Origin: a virus
Taxonomy: Duplodnaviria > Heunggongvirae > Uroviricota > Caudoviricetes
Length of the DNA: 64,000 nt
Reading direction: 5' to 3' (one strand)
IMG/VR virus record: IMGVR_UViG_3300032007_000008
Every line of letters begins with the position of its first letter. Position 1 is the stretch's first letter. Shown piece by piece: positions 8,166-17,047 of the stretch. The position numbers were made by a program, and so were the translations under genes. Below the pieces are notes generated by a model. It searched no databases and was not told the origin of the DNA. It saw only the letters and a list, made by a program, of their open reading frames with translations.

Positions 8166-8360
8166 ATGCTCAACCCAATGCAAGCCACCGAAGAATGGGA
8201 AAAGGCCGCTGTTGCGATTCAGAGGTCTTTCCGCATAGAAGGCGTTAAAGAAAAAGGTGCTTTGCGCAACAGGACTTGTGCAAACCCACCTCCAAAAAGA
8301 AAGGACGATGCGGCGATGAAGAAGGCGATAGACGAATGGTTTAGGGACAACTTCGATTAG
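8166..8360 (+). CDS. Hypothetical protein (64 aa)
   Basis: The RBS gagagg is present. The ORF track starts at a TTG at 8151, so the first ATG was chosen. Confidence 0.45.
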   Translation: MLNPMQATEEWEKAAVAIQRSFRIEGVKEKGALRNRTCANPPPKRKDDAAMKKAIDEWFRDNFD

Positions 8361-8370
8361 GTGAAGGAAG

Positions 8371-8433
8371 GTTTGGCGAAAGCGGGCTCTGACAAACGCT
8401 GATGCAAAATCGGGTTTGGCGAAAACGGGCTCG
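8371..8433. repeat. Two 20-bp direct repeats (ggtttggcgaaaGcgggctc and ggtttggcgaaaAcgggctc) separated by 23 bp
   Basis: The repeats are seen directly in a 280-bp non-coding stretch. Confidence 0.7.
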
Positions 8434-8642
8434 CGTAGCGAAAAGGAGATTTTATGAAAACAGGATTAAAATGTATCTTTGTCAGATACAGGCGAAGCCA
8501 TGAACGGTCCCGCTTATATAAAGTGTAACTTTATGACACAGTGTGACATTTAGCCCCACTTTTCCCCAACCGGGTTGCCGCAACCCGCTTATACCCCCTT
8601 ATTTTCAAAAAACCACCCCTAAAAAATCAAAAAAGGAAACTT

Positions 8643-9152
8643 ATGAAAACCACAACTCCAACAAACCCAACAAGCGGCCAAAAAATCGCCTTGTTCGCCT
8701 CCCTGTTGCTCTTCTTCATAGCGGCGGCTTGGATTTCAATAGGCTTTGTGTTCTCCTCCAATTCTCTTTCCACGTCGAGCAGGCACAGGTCCGAGAGCGG
8801 AAAAGCCTCTTGCCTATCTGCTTCATCCAATGTCTCTACGGATTGGTTTCCGCCTTTTCACGAATGCAGACCTACGGTTGTGGACGTTGGGTCTTCGTCC
8901 TCCTCTCGTTGTATCTCGAAGGGATACGAAGGAGGTGGTGGTGTCTCCATTGAACATCCCTCCTCCCCCTCCTATACTGAAGACGGTTTCAGGAACTGTG
9001 CGGGAAACCGTGTCCATATAGTGAGAGGGCGTACCAACACGATTAGGATTGTGGTTGACGCTGCCACTGGCATGGTAAAGAGGACCGAGCACAAGGTGGA
9101 GAGCAATCCCGAAGGGAAAACCAACACGATTGTGATTACCGTAAGGGAATAA
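8643..9152 (+). CDS. Membrane-anchored protein (N-terminal TM helix; Ser-rich)
   Basis: The RBS is aaaaaggaaac. Residues 15-40 are hydrophobic. Confidence 0.6.
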   Translation: MKTTTPTNPTSGQKIALFASLLLFFIAAAWISIGFVFSSNSLSTSSRHRSESGKASCLSASSNVSTDWFPPFHECRPTVVDVGSSSSSRCISKGYEGGGGVSIEHPSSPSYTEDGFRNCAGNRVHIVRGRTNTIRIVVDAATGMVKRTEHKVESNPEGKTNTIVITVRE

Positions 9153-9156
9153 AGGA

Positions 9157-9420
9157 ATGAACTACGCAAAGGAAGGTCTTGAGAGGGAATCGAACGGGTC
9201 TTACCTGTACCTCGGAGGGAAATACCGCATACGCAACCTCGGATACTGGCCACCTGACGGAAGGAACGCCTGGGAGGCCGTCGAGCTGGAGACTGGCGAG
9301 GGGGTTGCGCACGGCCATACGCTCAGGGAATGCCTTGACGAACTCAAGTCCTCGCTTTTCCCGAACTCCGTGAACGAGCGACCTGGTTTCGCGCTGATGG
9401 GAAACGTCGTGAGAAGATGA
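9157..9420 (+). CDS. Hypothetical protein (87 aa)
   Basis: The RBS is aagggaataaagga. Confidence 0.55.
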   Translation: MNYAKEGLERESNGSYLYLGGKYRIRNLGYWPPDGRNAWEAVELETGEGVAHGHTLRECLDELKSSLFPNSVNERPGFALMGNVVRR

Positions 9421-9456
9421 GCGGACGTGTATGATTTACCTTGAGGATATGTTGAC

Positions 9457-9801
9457 ATGTGTAAAGAAAACGACAATGTTGTTCCAGAGGACAAGATAGC
9501 CCCTTCGATGAGGAACGCGAAGGGGACGGTGAGATATTCAAAAAAAGGCCCTCAGGAGCTTATCGACCTCTACGAAAGCCTGATGGCCGACAAGTCCCTA
9601 ACCTGGGTGAAGAGGCTTGAGACGATAATAGAGTGGAAAAGGAAGAACGAAGGGCTTATAGGATGTCCCCGTCCGTTCGTTGACCCCTTCAAGAGTCCCC
9701 GTCCATCCGTCGAAGACATAGCGCACGACATGTTCATGATGCAGCGTTGCGTTGACAGGGGAGAGGCTCAGGAAGTGGATGTCACCGACCTTGACCTTTG
9801 A
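9457..9801 (+). CDS. Hypothetical protein (114 aa)
   Basis: The ORF is contiguous with its neighbours. Confidence 0.5.
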   Translation: MCKENDNVVPEDKIAPSMRNAKGTVRYSKKGPQELIDLYESLMADKSLTWVKRLETIIEWKRKNEGLIGCPRPFVDPFKSPRPSVEDIAHDMFMMQRCVDRGEAQEVDVTDLDL

Positions 9802-9876
9802 GATTTTTCAGTCTTAAGGGGGTAAATGCAAATTTTTTTCCATAATCCGACCGATTAACCGAAAATTTTCAATCTT

Positions 9877-10179
9877 ATGGTAAAGACCCACAGACATACC
9901 GGAACTCCAAGGCACTACGGAAAGAACCAGAAGAAGCATGCCCGTGAACTGCCAGACTCCGTACTGAAGGGCAAGCGTTGGAGAAAATGGGCAAGGCATC
10001 TAAGCTTCACGAAATGCTGCGACAACTGCACATACTGCGGAAGGGCTTCCGGAAACAGATACGATGGCCGTGGATATTCGATGGGCAGAGCATGCTTCAA
10101 CAGCAACTCGAAACATTACATGCAGATTGTCAACAATTTCTACATGAAATGCGAGCTGTACAAGATTAAACTTGGCTAA
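9877..10179 (+). CDS. Hypothetical basic Cys-rich protein
   Basis: The ORF ends before the bidirectional terminator. No RBS is present. Confidence 0.4.
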   Translation: MVKTHRHTGTPRHYGKNQKKHARELPDSVLKGKRWRKWARHLSFTKCCDNCTYCGRASGNRYDGRGYSMGRACFNSNSKHYMQIVNNFYMKCELYKIKLG

Positions 10180-10233
10180 AGTGTAAATATAATCGGGTTT
10201 GATGTAAAGAAAAGAGCACAAACCGTAAACAAA

Positions 10234-10260
10234 AGACCGCCGCTGACATAGCGACGGTCT
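10234..10260. terminator. Bidirectional hairpin terminator between convergent genes
   Basis: agaccgccg-ctgacatag-cgacggtct. Confidence 0.55.
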
Positions 10261-10288
10261 TTAGCATTTGTCAAGTTTTAAAACTCGG

Positions 10289-11014
10289 TTATCCGTGTTT
10301 CATGCGTCTGACAATCGGCTTCCACCCCTTGAAGTCACAGGTCTTCTGTTCGGACGACTTCTTCTGAACCTCAGGCGACATCATGCCGAGAAGCTCGTCC
10401 TGTTCCTTGGACACGTCGGATTTCTGTTCGCTGCTCTCGCCTTTGCTGTCCGATTCGTCCACGCCATATTCATCTCCTGTGATGTCATAGACCTTGCCGT
10501 CGCGTATCGTGAACAGCTCGACAGGCTCTCCAAAAATTCCCTGTTCCGTGCGGTATTCGCCCCCAAACACCCTTCCTACTATTCCCGGACCGATGTCCTT
10601 CATCTCCTCGTAGGCGAGCTTTGCGGCCTCAAGAGCGTCTTCGAGAGTGTCATATTCCCTTGCGTACTTCATCGGAGTATGCTCTTCCTCGCCCTCTTCG
10701 TCGTAGACCTCTATCGTAAATACTTCTGGCTTGCCCTCGATTTCGCTCTCGTCAACGGAAGATTCCTCGACGTTTGCCGAGTCAGCCTCGACACCGAGAA
10801 TCCTTGCGGTCGCCTTAACGTCAACGAAGTTTGTCCAGCCTGCACGAAAAAGCTCTTCTGCCGCGTCTGTCAAAGTTATGTTGCCGGCCTCAAGGTCCGC
10901 CTTTAGCGAGTTGGTGATGGTTGGGATGTCGAACGCCTTGCTGCTTTCCTTGGATTCGCATATTGTGCGATATGCATCGGATATCTGCCTACGTTCGATG
11001 TGGGAATCTGTCAT
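10289..11014 (-). CDS. Hypothetical highly acidic protein (241 aa)
   Basis: The minus-strand ORF was preferred over the antisense Leu/Arg-rich plus-strand ORF 10268..10906. Confidence 0.55.
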   Translation of the reverse strand: MTDSHIERRQISDAYRTICESKESSKAFDIPTITNSLKADLEAGNITLTDAAEELFRAGWTNFVDVKATARILGVEADSANVEESSVDESEIEGKPEVFTIEVYDEEGEEEHTPMKYAREYDTLEDALEAAKLAYEEMKDIGPGIVGRVFGGEYRTEQGIFGEPVELFTIRDGKVYDITGDEYGVDESDSKGESSEQKSDVSKEQDELLGMMSPEVQKKSSEQKTCDFKGWKPIVRRMKHG

Positions 11015-11144
11015 TTTTTGTTCTCTTTGATGTTGATGGAACTATTTAGGGTTTGCCCACATATTATAGCACATCGGAAAATAACTGTCAACTCCCAAAA
11101 TCACTAAATAGTCGCAACGATATATCACGAAAGACCAACCAAAA

Positions 11145-11648
11145 ATGAGAATGCTTTCCACCACGGAATACCTCAACATATCAAAAGCCTATGGCAACAT
11201 CTACGAAAGCACTGGAAAAACCTGCGATGATGGATGCTGTTCGAATGAAGGAAGCGAAACCAACGAGAATTTCGCGGAGGCTAGGCAGAGCTTCACGGAC
11301 GAAGACATATCTTCTGGAGACCTTGAGACGGCCAAGAACGCTCTTGCATACTTCATGACCGTAAGGAACGCCCCGATGAAAATCGGCGCAAGTCCGACGG
11401 AAGAGGAACTTGATGCCCTTTTCGAAGAGGAACTAAACAGGATTGAGGAAACCATTGCCGGAAAGAGCGGAGAGGCCGAGCTATACGCAGGACAGCTACA
11501 GGCATACCGCACAAGAGGCCGCAAGTCCATAGGCAAAATAGACGAAATGCCAATCATAGCCGCCATGAGACAAGGAGAGGCAAACAGCGGAATCAAATCC
11601 CCCTGGAATTCGAAATATGCGGAATGGGACTCCAAGTTCAGGCACTAA
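11145..11648 (+). CDS. Hypothetical protein (167 aa)
   Basis: The ORF has a clean composition and a terminator downstream. Confidence 0.55.
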   Translation: MRMLSTTEYLNISKAYGNIYESTGKTCDDGCCSNEGSETNENFAEARQSFTDEDISSGDLETAKNALAYFMTVRNAPMKIGASPTEEELDALFEEELNRIEETIAGKSGEAELYAGQLQAYRTRGRKSIGKIDEMPIIAAMRQGEANSGIKSPWNSKYAEWDSKFRH

Positions 11649-11673
11649 GGGAGTTACATCCAAAGTCTCTACG

Positions 11674-11706
11674 GGCGCAGTATTTTTACTGCGCCTTATT
11701 TTTTTG
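11674..11706 (+). terminator. Rho-independent terminator (ggcgcagta-tttt-tactgcgcc followed by a T-run)
   Basis: A perfect 9-bp stem plus ttatttttttg. Confidence 0.8.
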
Positions 11707-11719
11707 TCAAGTTTTAATG

Positions 11720-11748
11720 TTGCGCTACGGCGTTTCATGTGATATAAT
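11720..11748 (+). promoter_or_regulatory. Promoter TTGCGC-N17-TATAAT with extended TGtGa
   Basis: ttgcgc 11720-11725 and tataat 11743-11748. Confidence 0.55.
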
Positions 11749-11760
11749 ATGCGTCAAACA

Positions 11761-11940
11761 ATGAATAGGGATTCTAAACCTTCGGAACGTTGCGGTTCAT
11801 CGTGCCATGGATTGTTCAGCGTATCAAAGCAGCTTCGGCTTGCAACGCGATGCAGAACGATGAGGGCGCGTATACACCGTCTCGAAAACAGGATTGCGCA
11901 GCTTGAATCCGAGCTTGAATCCCTCAAAGAGGAAAAATAG
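11761..11940 (+). CDS. Small protein with a C-terminal coiled-coil/leucine-zipper-like segment (alternative ATG at 11749)
   Basis: The ATG at 11749 abuts the -10 element, so the later ATG was chosen. It is probably a leaderless or short-leader transcript. Confidence 0.4.
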   Translation: MNRDSKPSERCGSSCHGLFSVSKQLRLATRCRTMRARIHRLENRIAQLESELESLKEEK

Positions 11941-11948
11941 GAACATAC

Positions 11949-12128
11949 ATGACTGCATCGAAAAAATTCATGATGAAAGTGTTCGAAAGGTACAAAGGAG
12001 ACGCATTCAGGCTTGAAGGTCTGGTGCAGGAATGCTTTGACGCAATGGATGGCAAGGCGTTCGACGATTTGGCCGGTGAATACGGATGGATTGACGATGA
12101 AATCATGGAGAAGGTACACAAAAGATGA
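11949..12128 (+). CDS. Hypothetical small protein (59 aa)
   Basis: Its stop overlaps the rmlD-like start (agATGa). It is below the ORF-track size cutoff. Confidence 0.4.
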   Translation: MTASKKFMMKVFERYKGDAFRLEGLVQECFDAMDGKAFDDLAGEYGWIDDEIMEKVHKR

Positions 12129-13045
12129 AAAAGGTATTGGTGCTTGGGAGCGAAGGAATGCTCGGACGGTCTCTTTGCGGTCGTCTTGGTAAGATGAAGA
12201 GCTTTGAGCTTGTCAAGGTTCTTCATTCGGAATGCGACATACGAAAACATTCGGAAGTGCTCGAAATCATATGCGACGAAAGTCCAGATGTCGTCGTGAA
12301 TTGCGCGGCTATGACAGCCGTTGACAAATGCGAGGATAGAGTCGAAGAAGCCTTCAAGACTAACGCCCTTGGAGCTTTCAACGTGGCATTGGCCTGCAAG
12401 AAAGCGGGGGCAAAGCTCATACACATCTCAACGGATTACGTACACTCTGGAGATATTTTGTTACAAAACCGCCCAGCCGGATATCGCGAAGATGACGTTT
12501 CGATTCCAAAGAACGTGTATGGAAGCTCAAAGCTTTGTGGAGACCTCTCCATAATGTCCGTTCTCGGAAAGAACGCCCTCATCCTCAGAACCGCGTGGCT
12601 GTTTGGAAGCGGAGGTCCCAGTTTCGTACACAAGATTATGGAGCTTGGCACGACAGGCGACCAGTTTTCAAAGCCGATAAGCGTCGTCTGCGACCAGTCG
12701 GGAAACCCAACCTCTGCGGATTTTCTGTCATATGCCATAGCAAAGCTTCTGAGGCGAAAAACTTTCGTCGGCGGAGTTCTCAACTGCACTTGCAGCGGGT
12801 TTACCTCGTGGTATTCGTTTGCACAGGCGATTCAGAGGATTGCAGGTCCTGAAAGATTCAGAAGGCTTGTCGTTCCGTGCAGTTCAGGCTGGTACAAGAC
12901 CAAGGCAGAACGTCCGGCGAGAACCAAACTCGACCTTGAGAAGCTTGAAAGCCTTGGAATAGACCCTCCATACTGGAAATACGAGCTTGAAAAGTTCATG
13001 AAGAAAGAATTCGGAAAAACATTGAAGACAAAGGCCACTGTATGA
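12125..13045 (+). CDS. rmlD: dTDP-4-dehydrorhamnose reductase (RmlD) family NAD(P)-dependent reductase
   Basis: The Rossmann motif GSEGMLG is present. The matches to RmlD include PDVVVNCAAMTAVDKCE, STDYV, the catalytic YxxxK in NVYGSSKLCGD, RTAWLFGSGGPSFV, and DQSGNPTSADFL. Confidence 0.8.
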   Translation: MKKVLVLGSEGMLGRSLCGRLGKMKSFELVKVLHSECDIRKHSEVLEIICDESPDVVVNCAAMTAVDKCEDRVEEAFKTNALGAFNVALACKKAGAKLIHISTDYVHSGDILLQNRPAGYREDDVSIPKNVYGSSKLCGDLSIMSVLGKNALILRTAWLFGSGGPSFVHKIMELGTTGDQFSKPISVVCDQSGNPTSADFLSYAIAKLLRRKTFVGGVLNCTCSGFTSWYSFAQAIQRIAGPERFRRLVVPCSSGWYKTKAERPARTKLDLEKLESLGIDPPYWKYELEKFMKKEFGKTLKTKATV

Positions 13046-13911
13046 CAATACGGACGAACGAAGAGCACGACAAGCTGAACACCAAGCATTATCAGAATTT
13101 CGGAAAATACCTTCCGGTATCGATGGCATATCTCATGCCGCTTTTGTTCAGGAAGGTATGCGATACAGGCAGACTCAACAGCGAATGGGGATGCAAAGAG
13201 GAGATTCGCGTCGTTCAGATGTTCCTCGACAACAACTTCGAGACGATGGCGACAGGTTTTCCCAAAACGGACAAAGACGGAAAGGTGTTTGTTCTCCACA
13301 GGTGCAAGCTCGAATACCACCCAAACATCAGGACGTTCTGCGAGGCGAACAGCGGAATAGAGGGCAAGCCTTCAATCGGAATCTCTTTCAAGGACGCGGA
13401 CGATTCGTACAACGATTGGGTGTGGGTTGCGGTTGATGTGATACTCAGCTACAGGTTCGACCAAGGCTCAAGAGAGACCCTATGCACTGACGAAATGAAG
13501 CGGATGTTCGACTGCATAATGAACATTGGAGATGTCAATGCGCATGGAGACGACGAGCGCATTGCATCGGAATACGGATACCGTGAAACGATTGAGAAGG
13601 AAAAGAATGACCGATGGACCTCGCCATACATGGAAAAAGCGATAAACTCGTTCAAGTACGGGTTCTCGGACTACTGCACAATAATCAGGTCGTGGTGGGA
13701 CGGAGATGGATTAGACAAATTCGTGGCAATGATAATCGTCTCCATGACGGCAGCGGTAGCTGCCACGGTCTTTGTAGTCGCATGCTCGCTGTTCGTGATT
13801 GCTTTCACATGTCCGCTCAAGCTGATATTCGCCGTTCTCGGAATATACGCGCTATATCGAATCACCAAATGGCTTGCTTCGAACGGAGGGGACTCTACAT
13901 GCTTCGGATGA
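13042..13911 (+). CDS. Hypothetical protein with C-terminal TM helices
   Basis: The C-terminus has two hydrophobic segments. Confidence 0.55.
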   Translation: MTIRTNEEHDKLNTKHYQNFGKYLPVSMAYLMPLLFRKVCDTGRLNSEWGCKEEIRVVQMFLDNNFETMATGFPKTDKDGKVFVLHRCKLEYHPNIRTFCEANSGIEGKPSIGISFKDADDSYNDWVWVAVDVILSYRFDQGSRETLCTDEMKRMFDCIMNIGDVNAHGDDERIASEYGYRETIEKEKNDRWTSPYMEKAINSFKYGFSDYCTIIRSWWDGDGLDKFVAMIIVSMTAAVAATVFVVACSLFVIAFTCPLKLIFAVLGIYALYRITKWLASNGGDSTCFG

Positions 13912-14147
13912 TAGAGAAACTCAGGATAAAGATGCTTGGAAACACGGAGGGATACAGCTTCAACATGATGGACTGGTATCCCGAAGAGCTTGCGGACAAG
14001 ATTCTTGTTGGCGAACAGCTAACTAAGGCCGAGGCGCATGCCAAGGCGTTTCTCGAACAGGTTGGATATACCACAATGCTGTGGGACATTGCCAAGATGG
14101 AAGAGGAAGATAGAAAACGAAAGGAGGCTGAAGAGAAAAATGGATAA
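13899..14147 (+). CDS. Hypothetical protein (82 aa)
   Basis: The RBS ggagggg lies before the internal ATG of ORF 13614..14147. Confidence 0.5.
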   Translation: MLRMIEKLRIKMLGNTEGYSFNMMDWYPEELADKILVGEQLTKAEAHAKAFLEQVGYTTMLWDIAKMEEEDRKRKEAEEKNG

Positions 14148-14451
14148 AACGAAACGCTATACGATAAATGGACTGCTGAAGTTCTTCAAAACGCTGTCAA
14201 GCCTGAAGGAAAAGGCATATGAAATCGCCCCCTTATGCACGAACATCACAAGCCGTGAGGAAATTACCGGAATATGGTTCGACGAGGATGTAAACGACCC
14301 CATGGTCGGAATAGGAGTCTGGAGCCAGGACTGCGGAAACGACGCCTATTGGATTCCTCTTGAATACTTTACCATGACCGTCGATGAAATTGAAGAAGCC
14401 ATGCGGAAAAAGTCAAAGAGACAAAAGAGACGGATTAAACGAAGAACATGA
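14140..14451 (+). CDS. Hypothetical protein with a basic C-terminal tail
   Basis: The ATG overlaps the upstream stop (atggataa). Confidence 0.5.
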   Translation: MDKTKRYTINGLLKFFKTLSSLKEKAYEIAPLCTNITSREEITGIWFDEDVNDPMVGIGVWSQDCGNDAYWIPLEYFTMTVDEIEEAMRKKSKRQKRRIKRRT

Positions 14452-14894
14452 AAAACTACGTTCTCAAAAAATGGTATAAGGGAAAAGACCACAGAAAGTT
14501 CGCATATCCCAAAGACGTGGATGCGGAACTCGTTCCAATGCTCGACGTGTTCAACAACATACCTGGAGTTCGAACGATATATTCGTGCAGCGGCCATGGA
14601 TATCCGGGATGGTACTTGGATATCAGAACTACCTCGAACTTCATGTTCAGCATCCTATGCACGTACTTCACAAAAAAGGGCGACGGCTTCGGACTGTTCA
14701 CGGACGTTGACTTCAAAGTCCAGACTGCCGACGCATCGTTGCTCAACATGGTGCCGGAAAAGAGGATTACAGTATACTGCGACGAGCTTGGAATGATGAA
14801 ATCCGAAGACCGTCGAAGACAGTACATGAAGATTTGCGAATTCTTCTCTCGCTTCTCGCCCGACAGCGATTGGAAGACCGTGCATGAGTTTTAG
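14448..14894 (+). CDS. Hypothetical protein (148 aa)
   Basis: There is an ATGA start/stop overlap. Confidence 0.55.
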   Translation: MKNYVLKKWYKGKDHRKFAYPKDVDAELVPMLDVFNNIPGVRTIYSCSGHGYPGWYLDIRTTSNFMFSILCTYFTKKGDGFGLFTDVDFKVQTADASLLNMVPEKRITVYCDELGMMKSEDRRRQYMKICEFFSRFSPDSDWKTVHEF

Positions 14895-14915
14895 GAAAAG
14901 CGTCAACTTAAACGG

Positions 14916-14944
14916 TTGACATGATGGCGATGATGTGATATACT
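14916..14944 (+). promoter_or_regulatory. Promoter TTGACA-N17-TATACT with extended TGtGa
   Basis: ttgaca 14916-14921 and tatact 14939-14944. Confidence 0.6.
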
Positions 14945-14967
14945 ATACGGCATCAAGAGAGAAAACC

Positions 14968-15363
14968 ATGAAGATTATTTCAGCCCTTACGGAAACGGAA
15001 TATTCGGAGAAAGACATAACGTTCTTCCCCGAAGGATTGACAGATTGCGAGAAACGCGCAGAGATTGACAGAATCGGACTCGAAAACGACTGTGGAGCAA
15101 TCATTCTCGAAAACCTATCATATCCGAAGGGTATGGTCGGCTACATACTCTCCAAAGAAGATGGCAGGAACACTCTTCGGGTCGTGTACGAGCGCGAACG
15201 GATGGTGGAGGACATCATGGACGCGAACGATTGCAGCGAAACCGAGGCTTGGGATTGGTATTCGTACAACACTGAGCGAGGATGCCCATACTGCTATACC
15301 AGCGAAGCACCGTGTCCGGAAATCATTTTCTACGAAGAGGATAACGCTGAGGTGGAGAATTGA
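14968..15363 (+). CDS. Hypothetical acidic Cys-containing protein
   Basis: The RBS is agagagaaaacc. Confidence 0.55.
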   Translation: MKIISALTETEYSEKDITFFPEGLTDCEKRAEIDRIGLENDCGAIILENLSYPKGMVGYILSKEDGRNTLRVVYERERMVEDIMDANDCSETEAWDWYSYNTERGCPYCYTSEAPCPEIIFYEEDNAEVEN

Positions 15364-15366
15364 TAG

Positions 15367-16557
15367 ATGAGCAAAGCACTTTTCTACAAACTCTCGAAAT
15401 CTCTCATACCCTGTCTGCTGATAACCCTTGCGATAGGGTTCACCTACGCTTTCAGCCTCTTCGTTCCGCATATAGCCGCCGCGCTGTGCGTTTCCGTCAA
15501 GGTTGTGCAGTTCGCGTTCTGCCTCAACATATTCTGGCTTGGTCTTGGTGCCGCTCTGTTCGGAAAGCTCATAGAGCACAGGATAAAGATTGCGGCTGTT
15601 CTTTCCACCACGCTCATGCTTCTTGGGCTTTGCCTGAGCGGTCTTGGCATGGTCATGCACAGCATATGGATGCTCTACATAGGCTTCGGTTTTCTCTGCG
15701 GAGTTGCCGAGGGCATAGGATACGTGTGTCCGGTTCTGAACAACATACTTTGGTTCGGAAGGGGGAAGTTCAAGGGTCTTGTGGCGGCGTTGTCAATCGT
15801 CAGCTTCGGATTGGGTTCTACGCTGTGCTCCATGCTGTTCGGATATTTCCTTCCCATATTCGGTATAACCTACATCTTCTTTGCGTATGCGGCTCTGTAC
15901 GCCGTGATGATGGGAACAGGCTCGATTCTGATAGGCAAGCCGAAGTACGTAAAGTTCCGCAAGCCGTCCAAGAAAGATGAATTCTCCTACAGCGAATTCT
16001 TCTCTGACAGCTATGCGAGGAAGTCTTGGCTGTACATGTTTCTCAACATTTCGATGGGGCTGATTCTTATAGGCTCTTGCGCAAGCATATTGGCGGAAAT
16101 CAGCCTATCCTCAAGCGTCATAATAGTCGTCATGATGCTCTGTGGTCTGTTCAATGGAGCCGGTCGTCTCGTGTTCCCGCTTCTCAGCGACTTCATGAAA
16201 AAGAGAAGCGTCATGCTCATGGTGATTCTCGGAATAGAAATAGCCATAATTTTCCCGTCCATATTCGCCTACAGCTTCATACCTCTGTCGATAATCATAA
16301 TAAATGCGACATACGGAAGCTTCTTCGCCATGCTGCCTTCAATTCTGTCAGACCACTACGGAAACGCGAACCTAAGCATACGCCACTCGGCAATACTGAG
16401 CAGTTGGGGATTTGCAAGCCTATTCGCATACGTATGCACATTCCTGATTTCCACATTCTGCGAAGGATACTGGTTCTTGACGATAGTCCTCGCTGTCGTA
16501 TATGCAATCAACATGCTGGTTGTGGGTTCTCTTGACAAGAAAGGAAAGGTACAATAA
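15367..16557 (+). CDS. Major-facilitator-superfamily-like transporter (about 12 TM helices)
   Basis: There are twelve hydrophobic segments. An MFS-like loop motif GKLIEHRIKIAA follows TM2. Confidence 0.6.
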   Translation: MSKALFYKLSKSLIPCLLITLAIGFTYAFSLFVPHIAAALCVSVKVVQFAFCLNIFWLGLGAALFGKLIEHRIKIAAVLSTTLMLLGLCLSGLGMVMHSIWMLYIGFGFLCGVAEGIGYVCPVLNNILWFGRGKFKGLVAALSIVSFGLGSTLCSMLFGYFLPIFGITYIFFAYAALYAVMMGTGSILIGKPKYVKFRKPSKKDEFSYSEFFSDSYARKSWLYMFLNISMGLILIGSCASILAEISLSSSVIIVVMMLCGLFNGAGRLVFPLLSDFMKKRSVMLMVILGIEIAIIFPSIFAYSFIPLSIIIINATYGSFFAMLPSILSDHYGNANLSIRHSAILSSWGFASLFAYVCTFLISTFCEGYWFLTIVLAVVYAINMLVVGSLDKKGKVQ

Positions 16558-16558
16558 C

Positions 16559-16711
16559 ATGAAAATGCCAACGCCACAGAATCTCGTCGTAATGCTTGTA
16601 GCGGCAATACTGACAGTATTTCTGCTTTGGACCGGAACGGAAATGCTGAAAATGCAGTTTTCCGATGATTCGGATGTAATCAAGCCTAACGCCGTGGAGA
16701 TTTCACGATGA
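16559..16711 (+). CDS. Small membrane protein (50 aa)
   Basis: The ATG is 2 nt after the transporter stop, and there is one TM helix. Confidence 0.4.
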   Translation: MKMPTPQNLVVMLVAAILTVFLLWTGTEMLKMQFSDDSDVIKPNAVEISR

Positions 16712-17046
16712 AAGAACAGAAAAGCATCCATAACGCAATTATAGATGAAATAGGGTTGTATTTCACACCACACTACAACAGCATGACGATTCACATCGAA
16801 CTGCACGGAAACGGCTGGTCAAAAAGCGCGGAGATGCACGTCGGAAACGTCAGCAAGCTCGTAAGATGCGTGTTGACAAGCGACAACGACGAAGCCGTAG
16901 AGGACGGACTCTACATACACGAGCTTGAAAATACATGTGTCAAGGCCATGTTCGACGGCAAGAACCCCTGTTCCAGCAAACTCATTGCGATAGGCGGAAT
17001 TCTTGCAGATGCAGATGATGAAGACGATTTCGTGGAGATGATTTGA
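16708..17046 (+). CDS. Hypothetical protein (112 aa)
   Basis: There is an ATGA overlap. Confidence 0.5.
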   Translation: MKEQKSIHNAIIDEIGLYFTPHYNSMTIHIELHGNGWSKSAEMHVGNVSKLVRCVLTSDNDEAVEDGLYIHELENTCVKAMFDGKNPCSSKLIAIGGILADADDEDDFVEMI

Positions 17047-17047
17047 C

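Noticed and set aside
9180-9200. gggaatcgaacgg (reverse complement GTTCGATTCCC), suggestive of a tRNA T-arm on the minus strand
   Set aside because: It lies inside a well-supported plus-strand CDS (9157..9420), and the adjacent bases do not pair as a T-stem or acceptor stem.
10268-10906. A 212-aa plus-strand ORF antisense to 10289..11014
   Set aside because: The predicted protein is Leu/Phe/Arg-rich and low-complexity, and the ORF begins at a non-ATG codon. The minus-strand acidic protein fits the terminator and divergent-promoter layout.
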